A DNA stretch of 64,000 nucleotides, from the NCBI RefSeq assembly GCF_006345805.1, contig NC_042998.1, forward strand, positions 78,926,001 to 78,990,000. The letters are read 5' to 3'. Of this stretch, positions 1 to 11,794 are shown in pieces (the first letter of the stretch is position 1; the number at the start of each line of letters is the position of its first letter). This stretch comes from Octopus sinensis. Lineage: Eukaryota. Made by a program: the position numbers and the translations under genes. Under the pieces are notes generated by a model. The model searched no databases, had not been told where the DNA came from, and saw only the letters and a list, made by a program, of their open reading frames with translations.

Positions 1-68
1 CGGCCACGTTCGGATGGTGCTTTTTATGTGCCACCGGCACAGGTATCACAACTACTATTTCCATTGAT
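1..68 (-). mobile_element. Fragment of RTE-LINE 3' UTR repeat (family D), cut by the window edge
   Basis: Reverse complement matches the 53552-53720 part of the family D copy (atcaatggaa...gtgcc.gtggcacataaaaa.caccatccga.cgtggccg). Confidence 0.7.
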
Positions 69-169
69 TGTTCACACTTAGATTTCTAAAGAAAGGATTT
101 AATTTAAAAACAGTGTTGTACACGAGAACATAGAGGTACATAGATACTAAATGAGTACTAGCTGAAATA

Positions 170-1257
170 CATTTTGCAGCAGAGGAAGAGACAAGAGACA
201 TAATATAGAAGAAAACTAAGAGTTACTGCAAGACATGTTGTGAGGCAGAGACCAGATCTATGGCTGGCAAAAGGTCTCAACCTGGTGACATAGAGAATAA
301 TATTATAGACAGAGCCATAAAATGCTTGGAAAAGACAACAACATGTAGCGATGACAGAAGCTAAACATCACTGGTACATAGCAAGAAGTGAAGCAGAAAG
401 TAAGAAATTTGTCAATGTTCTATGACATGAGGATCAGAAGTGTGAAGTGTTTGGGATTGCAAAGTCGTATGCCAGTTTAAATCAAAATGGTGTAAGTAAA
501 ATGTTTGTTATCATAGCTGCACATGCCTTCACTAATGCCAAGATTAAATGGCATGGAAATATTGCTGCAAGAAACTGTTGAATTAAAAGAATTTATTGGG
601 GAGATGAAACAATCCCAAGGAGACTCAACAAGGCTGTCGGCTATTGAAATCGTGTGAGATATGTTTAAAGTAGCCATTTGGTCATTAAGGATGTGAAGGC
701 AAGGAAAGCAACTCTACTTTCAAGGATAAGCACTAAGATGCTGAAAATATTCAGTGATGTAAGACATACACCAATTACTTGCACAGTCAGCAGGTTGTAC
801 TGGAAGAGCTTATTCACAATATGTGGTATAGAAGTAGTATCAGTAATTACTACAAAGGCAAAGGTTGTGCTGTAGAAAGAAGCTTCCATAGAAGCATCAA
901 ATTAATGGGACAAGTGATGTAAGTAACAAAGGGTTACAACTAATTAAGAAGAAAATCAGCTTAGATAAAACTTAGTTCAAGTTTGTGTTCTCTTTTCAAT
1001 GAGATATCTATTGGATTAGTTTTTGGTGTGACCAAGCATTCATTGTGAGAGAAGGCCTCTGTTGAAGTTTCATGCACTGCAGTCTGAATAAGGCTGAGAG
1101 AAGTAGGTATAAATGAGTGGTTTGCAAGAAATGTACAAACCATATGGAGAGATATTATCTGCATGTGAGTTAGCAAGGAGTTCAGTAGAGAATCTGGCAT
1201 GCAAATAGGTGTCTTACCAGAGCTCAATTTTTCTTTTATCATAGCTATTCGGCTATG

Positions 1258-1292
<35 letters not shown>

Positions 1293-1830
1293 GCTGATAG
1301 CTTCTCTTACCTAGTGACCTAATTAACAGTGGATGAAAGATAATGTTCCAAAAGCATAGTATCCAGAGTAAAAACAAAGTAGAAAAAAATTACCTTTACA
1401 ATCAACAGAGGAATTCTTTCTGGTGAAAAGGTAGATTTTATGATGCTTTTGTGTAAGATGAGTGTTGGGTACTTGAAAAATAAGGACATTGAACAGGAAA
1501 AATGTGAATGCTGGAAAGAAATGAATACATATTTCACAGGATGTGTACTGTTGGTGTATATGAATGATGAAGCAAAAACTGAGCTGAGAGGATAACTGGA
1601 TATAAGAGGATTTAGATATAGCATATGAAAAGTGTAGAGTTCATCAATGTGAACATGTGATGCATATGGGGGATGATGGTTAGTAAAGACATGGAGCAAT
1701 CCAAGTGAAAGAAAGGAAGATGAAATATGATATGGTAAAAAGTTATGTAAGTTGATTTTAAGAGATTGAACCTCACAAAGGAGATGGCAAATAACTGCAA
1801 CGAGTGACAAAACCTAGTACTGAAGACCTA
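170..1830 (+). mobile_element. Decayed RTE-clade LINE ORF (RT region and C-terminus), split by (TA)n at about 1258-1283
   Basis: Frameshifted translation gives RTE-like motifs: EAESKKFVNVL*HEDQKCEVFGIAK, ERSFHRSIKLMGQVM (cf. NYRGIKLL..VMK), SKEFSRESGMQIG, and C-terminal LNLTKEMA..VLKT. Many stop codons. Confidence 0.75.
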
Positions 1831-2319
1831 GTGAGTTTGGAAAAACACAAACATAAAATGCCAATAATAATGGCAGTTGCAATGATGGAGTAAGAGTGTT
1901 TAGTTGTAAGATTAAAGCCTTTCTTGAGGATGCTAAGGATAACATTCTGCAGTCACCAAACCCAAGATATTTTCACAGACTGGAGTACAATGTAGGGTTT
2001 CTTATAAGCATTAACAGTATAAGGGAAATGAAGTAGTCAGTAATGATTGTAATGACATTAGCCTTAATAACAAGGATAACAATAGTATTGTTGTGAATGA
2101 TGGCTAAACAAATCAAAGCATTCAAATGTGGTGGTGGTGGTGGCGGCGGTAGTGGTGCATAATAAAAATAGTAATAAAAACAAAAATAATAGGAGTGCAG
2201 TCATAAGAATTTGAGTATCTCTCGATTAATTATAAAAAAAAAAGAATTTAATTTATTTTCTTAATATGAAGCAGTTTGTTTTCAATGTTTCTTCAATGTT
2301 AAATATTTAATCAATAGGC

Positions 2320-2500
2320 TTCTGTGGAACTGAAGATGATGTTGAAAAAAATGGTCTTGTTGGTAGTGGTTGTGGCAGTAGGGATGGTAGTAATAATAGT
2401 TGTAGTGGTTACACTGGTGAAAGTAGAGACAGCAGTGATAGTGGTAATGGTAGTAGGAATAATGCTGGTGACTTTGGTGGTGGTGGCGGTGGCATCAGTG
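2320..2500. repeat. Low-complexity (GTG/GTA/GTT)-rich tract
   Basis: Degenerate trinucleotide repeats; explains the poly-V and poly-T ORFs. Confidence 0.8.
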
Positions 2501-2664
2501 ACTAACTCACAAGGGTCTTTAATGTTCATGCATGCACTTTCAGTTAGGCCATGTTAGCACCACAAGTCTGCAACTCATTCTTCCTCTAACAGATGACATT
2601 TTCTGCACTGTCATTGCCAGCAACCTTTAAAGTTAATCAAAACAGAGGAAAATTTGCTAATAAT

Positions 2665-2862
2665 GGTGTGTGCATGTGCATATATATTTGTACATGTGTG
2701 TATGTATGTGTGTATATATATATATATATATTATATATGTGTGTGTGTGTGTGTATGTGTATATATATATGTGTGTGTGTGTGTATGTGTATATATATAT
2801 GTATATGTATACATATATGTATGTGTATACATATATGTATGTGTAATATATATATGTATGTA

Positions 2863-2893
<31 letters not shown>

Positions 2894-2900
2894 GTATGTG

Positions 2901-2931
<31 letters not shown>

Positions 2932-3145
2932 GTGTATATATATTATATATATATATATATATATATTATGTGTATATGTATATATATATATAATGTATGT
3001 GTATATATATATATATGTATATGTATATATATATATATTATATGTATGTGTAATATATATATATGTATGTGTATATATATATATATGTATGTGTATATAT
3101 ATATGTATGGTGTATATATATATATATATGTATGTGTATATATAT

Positions 3146-3191
<46 letters not shown>

Positions 3192-3313
3192 GTTATATAT
3201 ATATATATATGTATGTGTATATATATATATATATATGTGTGTATATGTATATATATATATATTATGTATGTGTATATATATATAATGTATGTGTATATAT
3301 ATATATGTAGTGT

Positions 3314-3345
<32 letters not shown>

Positions 3346-3352
3346 GTATATT

Positions 3353-3384
<32 letters not shown>

Positions 3385-3767
3385 TATGTATGTGTATATG
3401 TATATATATGTATGTGTATATATATAGTATATATATGTATGTGTATATATATATATGTATGTGTAATATATATATATATGTTGTGTATATATATATTATA
3501 TATGTATGTGTATATGTATATATATATATAGTATGTGTATATATATTATATATATATGTATGTGTATATATATGTATATATATATGTATGTGTATATATA
3601 TGTATATATAATATATGTATGTGTATATATGTGTATATATATATGTATGTGTATGTATATATATATGTATGTGTGTATATATATATATATGTATGTGTAT
3701 ATATATATGTATGTATGTGTATGTATATATATATATATATACACACAGCACACACACACACACACAC
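2665..3767. repeat. About 1.1 kb compound (TA)n/(TG)n microsatellite ending in (CA)n
   Basis: Directly visible; recurring sub-unit (ta)n-tgtatgtg. Confidence 0.97.
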
Positions 3768-4331
3768 AAAGGGGGAAGCAGACACATAGCCAAACAATTC
3801 TGTCAGATATGTTTTCACTGTGCAGTTATTTGTGCTTGCTTCTCCATTCAGCAAAGGAGGGAAGATTTTATTAAGTGACTGGGGTGGCTTTGCATTGTTG
3901 CTGCTTAGATTTGTCTGGTGGCGGAGTGCCTTCAGCAAGACTCAAGTGTCATTGCCCGACATTTAAAAAAGGTTGTTGTTTTTGGCAGCACAGGACATTG
4001 CAACCTAGTTGCTAATATTTCATAGAGTTGGCAAAAGTAAATAAATAAATATTAGAAAGTGATGTTCAAAATGAAAACACTGTGTACTGTATGTTATTCT
4101 CAGTTGGTTGGTATTTGAGTCAACTGATAAGGGTGATTTTTTTTTTTATTAAATGGTGGGCATTACAAGGACAAATTGCAATAAAGCGGGAGTTTTACCT
4201 TGTGTGTGGAAGGAGACAATGAGGAGGAACAAATAATCAAATATATCATAATATTAGAAATTTCTTTTTTGTTGTGTTTTTTTTTTTTGTCACAAGAGCC
4301 TCTGATAAAGGAAATATTGGTTTCACATTTT

Positions 4332-4530
4332 GGCACAAGGCCAGCAGTTTCAGGGGATCGGTAAGTTGATTACATCGACCCTGGTGCTCAACTGGTACTC
4401 ATTTTATAGACCGCAAAAGGATGAAAGGCAAAGTCAACCATTGCAGAATTTGAACTCACAATGTAAAGGCAGATAAAATGCACTAAGCATTTTTCCCAGC
4501 ATGCTAACAGTTCTGCCAGCTTGCTGCCTT
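4332..4530 (-). mobile_element. tRNA-derived SINE family C
   Basis: Minus strand reads ggcagcaagctggcagaa..gttagc (A-box region), gagttcaaattc (B box), then gcctttcatccttt..gtc.ataaaatgagtaccag (resembles the Meta/MESC-type central domain, from memory). Confidence 0.8.
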
Positions 4531-4849
4531 AAGATAAAGGGAATATTACAAAGGCATATTGCAACAAAGCAAAAATTTACACAGAATCAATTATGGAAAA
4601 AGCAAGCATCAAGAAACAAAAGTATATTAATAAAAGATATAAAATGAGATGTTCCATTCAAAAGACAGCCACCTACAGAGACAAGGAACTTTACAGATTA
4701 TGGATCATCTGATTATGAAAGGCAAAAGCTCTCTCTCCCAGATGTGTTCTGTGGCCTACAGACACATGTTGAGAGTTTGCTGCACATAGGGAAAATGGGA
4801 TTCTCATGGCTGCAATATCTTTGATCATAAATCTGTCCAATCAGGACTG

Positions 4850-5390
4850 ACCTAAAGCCAAACAACTTTCCAACAAATTCAGTGGAAAAAAGCATCTCCT
4901 TCTCCCCTCTTAGCTTCCTCTCCAAGTGGAACTCTAAGAAGTTGATGTGTACCAGGCCGAAGATAAAAATATATGACTTCAGCTCTTTTTATCTTGTCCA
5001 TCATATAATCTCATTTGCTATAGCCAGTAGACAGAATAAAACCACTATTGTAAGTGCAGCGATAGTCATTTTGATATAGGATCACAACTCAGTAATACAC
5101 ATCACTGAAGGCGAGTATGAAGGATCTTCTATCCCTCAGACAGAGTCAGTGAATAGTGCTATCATGCATGTAGAACTTGTTCCAAATCAGCAATGCCTCC
5201 CAATTGTATTTCCAGATGAGAGGTTTCTGTAGGAAAGGAGTAGGAAGAAACTCCATAGAGTGTACCCAGTGTAAACAATGGATGCACAAGAGGTGTAGTT
5301 GAATCCCAGGCAAGCTAACTGCAAAATAGCAAAAATACCCTTCATATGAAGGAGGTTCTCAGAGGTATTAATCTCAGAGAATCCCAAGAA
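4850..5390 (-). mobile_element. Decayed L1/Tx1-like LINE C-terminal fragment
   Basis: Minus-strand translation VVLFCLLAIANEII*WTR ... NFLEFHLERKLRGEKEMLFSTEFV resembles Tx1-type ORF2 C-termini. Confidence 0.4.
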
Positions 5391-5490
5391 ATAAACATGT
5401 TAGATTCTTTCAAACCATAAAATATAAATGACTTATTTATGCACATGCATCCATATTTTACATAGATTATTTGTGTATATGCATATATAT

Positions 5491-5529
<39 letters not shown>

Positions 5530-5574
5530 TACAGACACAGAGGCACTCACATACACAGACACACTCATACATCT

Positions 5575-5808
5575 TCATCATCATCGTTTAGCATCCACTT
5601 TCCATGCTAGCATGGGTTGGACGGTTCAACTAGGGTCTGGGAAGCCAGAAGGTGTGTTTACCAGGCCCAGTCTGATCTAGCAGTGTTTCTACGGCTGGAT
5701 GCCCTTCCTAATGCCAACCACTCTGTGAGTGTAGTGGGTGCTTTTACGTGCCAGATGAGGCTGGCAAATGGCCACGATCAGATGATGCTTTTTACGTGCC
5801 ACTGGCAT
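5575..5808 (-). mobile_element. RTE 3' UTR repeat (family D)
   Basis: (CAT)n tail, ttccatgctagcatgggttggacgg, ggatgcccttcctaatgccaaccactc. Confidence 0.85.
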
Positions 5809-6119
5809 GAGAAATGTGTGTCTATATATATTGTATTGCATTTGTCCATGTTTATTTGTATTAAAACATATGTCTATGTATTTGTATATGCATATTTCTC
5901 ATAATAATTTTCTCTTTACTCCCACTATTTTTTTGCTTAAGGGGTGGATTTTGAAAGTTTTTGATTATAATGTGACTCTTCAATAATAATAGTAATAATG
6001 CCAATTTTAAAAAATTATGTATATACTCATATATTAAGTATACTATTCTACCAAACCTGTACAAGAATAACAAAGTACAAGCTGGTATTTCATATGTTTT
6101 GTCTTTTAATTTCTTCACT

Positions 6120-6418
6120 TCGTTTTGGCATGTTGGGCCTCACAGAGGCAATGACCAAGACTTTTGGCATTATGTGATGCTTGAGAAGACCCATCAAGCC
6201 AAGTAAAATCACAGTCGCAGCAGATACTCGTATCACACAAATGGCACCTGTGTCAGTGGCACATAAAAGCGCCCATTACACTCTGAGTGGTTGGCATTAG
6301 GAAAGGCATCCAGCCATAGAAACCATGCCAAATCAGACTGGATTCTGGTGCAACCTTCCAGCTTGAGGCCCTGGTCAAACCTTCCAACCCATGGACAACG
6401 AATGTTAAATGATGATGA
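6120..6418 (+). mobile_element. RTE LINE 3' end: last codons plus 3' UTR (family D) with (GAT)n tail
   Basis: LGLTEAMTK.FWHYVMLEKTHQAK* runs directly into gagtggttggcattaggaaaggcatccagc ... gttaaatgatgatga. Confidence 0.8.
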
Positions 6419-6422
6419 AATA

Positions 6423-6690
6423 TGTTGAGAGCAAAATTAGACATAAGAGGAATTGGATGTAGTATACAAGAAAGAAAATTGCATTGATATGGACATGTGA
6501 TGCACATGAATGAGGACAGCTGTATTAAAAAAGTGCTGATCACTTAAAATGGATGGAACTTATGGAAGAGGGGAAACCCCAGAAGACATGGAACACAGTA
6601 GTGAAGGCTAATCATAGGACTTTGAACCTTGTGAAGAAAATGACAAATGACAGAATGATTTTTTGTATGCAGTACTCGGGAAGACCCTCT
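6423..6690 (+). mobile_element. RTE LINE C-terminal fragment
   Basis: LRAKLDIRGIGCSIQERKLH*YGHVMHMNEDSCIKK ... GRGKPQKTWNTVVK (cf. RLRWYGHV.R, RGRP.KTW). Confidence 0.8.
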
Positions 6691-8244
6691 CATTTAAGCA
6701 AACCTAAGATTGATTTCCTCACCAAATTTCCACCTCTAGTCATCACTTCCACCCGTGTGTGTGTGTGTATTGGTACAATATACCCAAATTATTAAGAAGC
6801 TCACTTTGCAACATCCTATGTCAGTTCCACTGCATAGCATCTTGGATATTTGACATTTTTGACAGCTGAGGGTGGTCCCATACACTGTCAGTAAAATTTG
6901 ATAGATGGAAACTGTATAGAAACCCATTGTATGGATTGTAACTGTAATTCAAAGATATAGTCTTGTCACACTCTGTTAATTATGTTAAAGGTACACCTGT
7001 CTATGGAATGCTCACCCACTTGCATGTTGATTCAATGAGCAAGTAATTCAGTTGGTCAAACAACTGTATCTCCATTCATGATACTGGCAACAAACCATCT
7101 GTCTACCTATGGACAGGTGGATCTAGCATCCTTAGATAGTATATAAATGCAACATTTGCTTAAGAGAGAGAGAGAGGTAACAGAATAATTCATAAATACA
7201 TCTTTGTTTACCTATTAATATATTTTCTTTCATGTTTTTATTTGACAGTTACCTATACAATCATTTGGAATACTTTTCTTGCCATATTAAAATATGTAAG
7301 TACTACAGAGTTTCTTTTTCTGGGGGATTTTTTCTTCTTTTTTTTACAACTTTTAATTTAATGTTTGGACATTTTACCATTCTTTCATCAGTTTGAGAAT
7401 AGAGATTGTCTTCGTTGTGGTGATTGAAATATCGGGTTTGCTTGTTGAATATTTGTTTCCTTTTGGATCATTTATTCCATTGGTGTGGTTTTCTTTTCAC
7501 TGAAGCATAAATGTATGTGAAAAAATGATTAAATGTATTTGTTTTCCTCCTTTTTTTAAATATTTGAATTCTTTCTACAAAAAAAAAAGTGCTTGTTTCT
7601 TGCAAAGAAGTAAACATCCATTACCAGTATTTCTATGATAACGATGATAAGTTGGACTTCAGAAAAGTCTTGTTTAATTTTACTATTCTTACTGGTTGCA
7701 TCTCTAAAGTGTTTATTAGCTGGTCTCTTTCTTAGCCCAATAATCTTAGCTTTTCCACATTGTCCATTAAACATCTACCAACATACCCAAATGTACCTAA
7801 TAATTATTGGTATAAATGTGAATTTATATGGTATAATAAATCTCGAGTTAGTACTGTGAAAAGGGAAGCTTGTGGTGAATACCAGGATCATGCAACTTTT
7901 TAGGTTCAAGAAGTCAATTTCCATTATAGACCAGTCAAGTAATCTAATGTGGGATACTGTCTATGTATGCATGTGTCTGCTGTGTATGTATATGCTTGTG
8001 TTTGTATAGATATATATATTTAGAAAACTTGTTTTTCACATTTTTGTGTACATTTCTGTATCTACTTATGATTTACTAATCTAAATGAAGATGCAAGGAA
8101 AATGCTGAATTTATTCTAGGAAATGCACACACATGCATGCATACATGTGTGTGTGTACAGATAAACACACATGTATATATAAGTTCATGTGTATAATCTG
8201 TAAATATTTTATATTGTTTTCACTAATATAATTTTCATTGCACA

Positions 8245-8380
8245 CACACACACAACTGGTTTCTTTCAGTCTCCGTCTATTAAGTCTACACAGAATTCCC
8301 TAGCAGAAGAATACTTGTTCAAAGTGCTAGTGGGGCTGAGCCCCAAATACCTGGTTGCATAACAAACCACATAACCATGA
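8245..8380 (-). mobile_element. SINE family A, degenerate 5' part
   Basis: ggtttctttcagt.tccgtcta ... acttg..caaagtgct..gtgggg.ctga matches the reverse complement of 50983-51145. Confidence 0.6.
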
Positions 8381-8754
8381 CTATATATATATATGTGTGT
8401 GTATAGTGTTGTGATTTGATGCAATATACTTTACCAGATCCTTTTAACTCAAGTCCAAGTAATCATTACATTCCTATATCTTTGTTGTATTAAATAATAT
8501 TGTCAAAGTGAGGACAGATTAGATGGTTATGAAAAGGAGATGCATGATATGAGTATAAAGACACAAAACCAATTGTTGATATTTTGAATGTAATTAATAC
8601 ACATATTTCTAGTAGTTATGTAAAGGATATCTTACATAACTGCTTAGAAACGTGCATTAACTGCATTCATAATATCAATAATTGGTTTCACCTTTATCCT
8701 TATATACATACATAAATACATATATATATATATGTATGCATGTGTATATATGAT

Positions 8755-8940
8755 TGACCAATAGCTCCTAAAGTTTTTTTTTTATTTTCTCTCTGTTTAT
8801 TTCTTTGTGTTCCTTTCTGTTGAAGAGCATAGGCTTGAAACATAAAAGACTTTCTCATCTTCCTGAGCATTAAACTAATACACCTGTTTGATATTTATAC
8901 ACCTCTTTTTCTCTTTTGTTTTTCTGTAAATTTCAACTAT
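8755..8940 (+). mobile_element. Penelope-like terminal repeat fragment with decayed minimal hammerhead (8813-8848)
   Basis: cttt CTGTTGA a gagc-atag-gctt GAAAC ATA aaag: stem I cttt/aaag, stem II gagc/gctt. Flanked by microsatellites. Confidence 0.5.
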
Positions 8941-8943
8941 GTA

Positions 8944-8987
<44 letters not shown>

Positions 8988-9650
8988 ACTGTTCAAAATA
9001 CAGTACAATTGATCTTGTGCTGTAGACATCAGTCCCCAGTATAATAATATATTTCAAATAAAAAAGTGTTTTTACGATAATTATTGCTAGTAACAGTCCA
9101 CTGTTTTTTCTCAGACTAGGTTCTATGGAACATAGCTATATCTAGTTCCATGGCAAATTTAAATAAACCATAGCTAGCCTAAACAAACCTGTTGTGTGCT
9201 GGTATTTTAAAATGTATTTATGTAGATAATTGTAATGAAACGTTTGCATAAAAATGTGATTATATTTATTTTAATCAATGATCTAATCAAATAAACACAA
9301 CTTGTTGCAAAACCACTCATAGTTTTATATGACAAGATTCTAGATTATAGTAAATCTTAAAGTTACATTTTTTGTGCATTTCATTATTATCTTTTAAAGA
9401 GTTTTTCCAACAATTCCACACAAAAACAATTGAGTGTAAAGTTCAACACATACAAAGTATGGGTTAAAACGATTTACATAGATACAAAAGCTGCCTTGCT
9501 TTAAAATGTTTTTTTGTTTTGTTTTAATAGTTTCAGCTCAAGAGCTGCAGCCATGCTAAGGCTCTGCTGTTATGTGGGTTTAATATATATGATTTTGTAT
9601 ATGGAATGCAAAGCAGTTTAAATTTATTTTTTTAGTTAGATTTCTGAGAC

Positions 9651-9965
9651 ACCCTTCGGTCACAACATAGACCATGGGATTGCACCTAGAAAATTACCCT
9701 CACAGGCACAAGTCCAGGCGAGGTTGTTTTTTTATGGAAAACCAGCAGTCGCCCATGCATACCGGCCTCCCCTCTCCAGGGGAAAGGCAAGGGCTGATAC
9801 AGCTTAGCACCTGTGACATTGCAACTCATTTCTACAGCTGAGTGAACTGGAGCAACATGAAATAAAGTTTCTTGCTCAAGAACACAATACGCAGCCTGGT
9901 CCAGGATTTGAGCTCACAACCTCACAATCATAAGCTCGACACTCTAACCACTGAGCCATGCACCT
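9651..9965 (-). mobile_element. CORE-type tRNA SINE family B
   Basis: Minus strand has tggctcagtggttagagtg (A box), gctcaaatcc (decayed B box) and gtgttcttgagcaagaaactttatttca.gttgctccagttcactcagctg (CORE-like). Homologous to 13732-14057. Confidence 0.85.
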
Positions 9966-9994
9966 TATTTTAAAATTAATGATTATTAACATAT

Positions 9995-10310
9995 TTATTT
10001 TTAACATGTCTAGGCAGCTTGAGATGCAAAATACACTGGTCACTGTATAGGAGAATAACTACTCCCTTTTAGGATGACAGCTTATTGCTGCACAGCATTC
10101 TGGGATACTGGTGTTTCAACATGTGTCTTGTCAGCCAGAAGCAGCCAAAACTCTTGAACCTAATCAAAGCCAGTGACTTTGTTTATACATTCAGTGAACA
10201 AATTGTTTGCTAATTGATGCCTATATCTGCCAACCAACAGAAAAAAACAATTATAAAATTTGCACTGAGTACATCAAGATTTGGAATGATTATTTCCATA
10301 TTCTTAACAT
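9995..10310 (-). mobile_element. Hammerhead-bearing repeat family H2, monomer 1 (inverted, period 303 bp)
   Basis: Reverse complement of 10311-10588 and 10955-11278. Terminal direct repeat ttaacat at 10001-10007 and 10304-10310. Confidence 0.75.
10095..10142 (-). ncRNA. Decayed type I hammerhead ribozyme (H2 copy 1)
   Basis: Minus strand: ttctgg CTGACAA gac-acat-gtt GAA acaccagtatc ccagaa, with stem I ttctgg/ccagaa. Confidence 0.7.
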
Positions 10311-10588
10311 AGTGCACATAACAGTTTTTTTTTATTGGTTGGCAGAAATAAGCATCGATAGCAAGCAATTTGTGTACAGAAAGTATAAACAAAGCCTGCA
10401 ACTTGTTTTAAGCTCAGAATTCCAGTTGCCTCTGGCTGACTAGACACAACATATTGAAACACCAGTATCCCATAATGACATGCATCAATGAGCCAAGTGT
10501 GTTCAACACACTGTCATCACAAATGGCAGAATTTATTCTGTGACATATGTTACAGCAACCAAAATATTTGCATCCAAATCTGCCTAGA
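10311..10588 (+). mobile_element. Hammerhead-bearing repeat family H2, monomer 2
   Basis: Homologous to 10955-11278; hammerhead remnant tctgg CTGACTA gacacaacatatt GAAacaccagtatc ccata at 10428-10477. Confidence 0.75.
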
Positions 10589-10954
10589 TTTACTCTTTTA
10601 CTTGTTTCAGTCATTTGACTGCGGCCATGCTGGAGCACCATCTCGAAGAGTTTTAGTCAAGCAAATCAACCCCGGGACTTATTTTTTTTAAAGCTTAGTG
10701 CTTATTCAAATTGGTCACTTTTGCCACACCACTAAGTTACAGGGACATAAACACACCAGCACCTGTTGTCAAGCAGTGATGGAGTGACAAACACAGATAC
10801 AAAGACATGGGCTTCTTTCAATTTCCATCAGCCAGATCCATTCACAAGGTTGGCCTGAGGCTTTATTAAAAGACACTTGCCCAAGGTGCTACAGTGGGAC
10901 TGAACCTAGAACCATGTGGTTGGAAAGCAAGCTTCTTACGACACAGCCATACCT
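10589..10954 (-). mobile_element. tRNA-derived SINE family A
   Basis: Near full-length reverse complement of 50983-51406. Confidence 0.88.
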
Positions 10955-11278
10955 AAAAATATGAATAATTATTCTTGATCTCACTGTAAATGGTGCATAC
11001 AACAATTTTGTATTACTTGGCAGATATAATTACCAAGCAGCAAACAATTTGTGCACTAAAGTAGAAACAAAGCTGCTGGCTTTGTTTAGATTCAGAGTTC
11101 CTACTGCTTCTGACTGATGAGACACATGTTGAAACACCAATGACCCTGAATGTCTTCTACCAATAAGCCAAGTGTGTTGAACATGGGATCATCATAAAAA
11201 AGAGCAATTATTCTCTTATCATATACTCCACAGCGACCAGTATAATTTTTCTGAACCTGCTTAGACCTGTGAAAAACA
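10955..11278 (+). mobile_element. Hammerhead-bearing repeat family H2, monomer 3 (monomer 4 starts at about 11700-11740)
   Basis: Homologous to monomers 1 and 2; ataa..attc..gatctcactgta recurs at about 11701-11728. Confidence 0.75.
11106..11152 (+). ncRNA. Decayed type I hammerhead ribozyme (H2 copy 3)
   Basis: ttctga CTGATGA (11114-11120) gac-acat-gtt GAAAC accaatgac cctgaa; cleavage-site region mutated. Confidence 0.65.
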
Positions 11279-11697
11279 TGCAGGCATGGCTGTGTAGTAA
11301 AAAGCTTGCTTCCCAACCACTTGGTTCTGGATTCAGTCCCATTGCATGGTACCTTAGGCAAGTGTCTTTTACTATAGCCTCGGGCCAACCAAAACCTTGT
11401 GAGTGGATTTGGTTGACTGAAGCTGAAAGAAGCCCATTGTGTGTGTGTATATATATATATGTGTGTGTGTGTTTGTTTTTTGTCTGTGTTTGTCACCCAC
11501 CACCACTGCTTGACAACTGGTGCTTGTGTGTTTATGTCCCTATAACTTAGCAGTTCAGCAAAAGAGAACAATTGAATAAGTACCAGGCTTAAAAAAAAGT
11601 ACAAGGGGCAATTCATTTGGCTAAAAATTCTTCAAGGCAGTGCCCCAACATAGCCACAGTCTAATGACTGAAACAAGTGAAAGATAAATGATAAGAG
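11279..11697 (+). mobile_element. tRNA-derived SINE family A with internal (TG/TA)n
   Basis: tggctgtg.gta..aagcttgcttcccaaccac..ggttc.gg.ttcagtccca head; tail gactgaaacaagt.aaaga. Confidence 0.88.
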
Positions 11698-11794
11698 ATG
11701 ATAATATTCATTCCAGATCTCACTGTATACAGGGCAGATAAGGATTTTTTTTTATCTTAAAATTACTTTTTCTAATGAATTTCCTTTTGTTCAG

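Noticed and set aside
961-1810. 138-aa and 163-aa minus-strand ORFs
   Set aside because: Antisense frames of the decayed RTE element.
2593-3938. Long ORFs of 80-251 aa (YI/CV/HT-rich)
   Set aside because: Read-through of stop-poor microsatellite; not coding.
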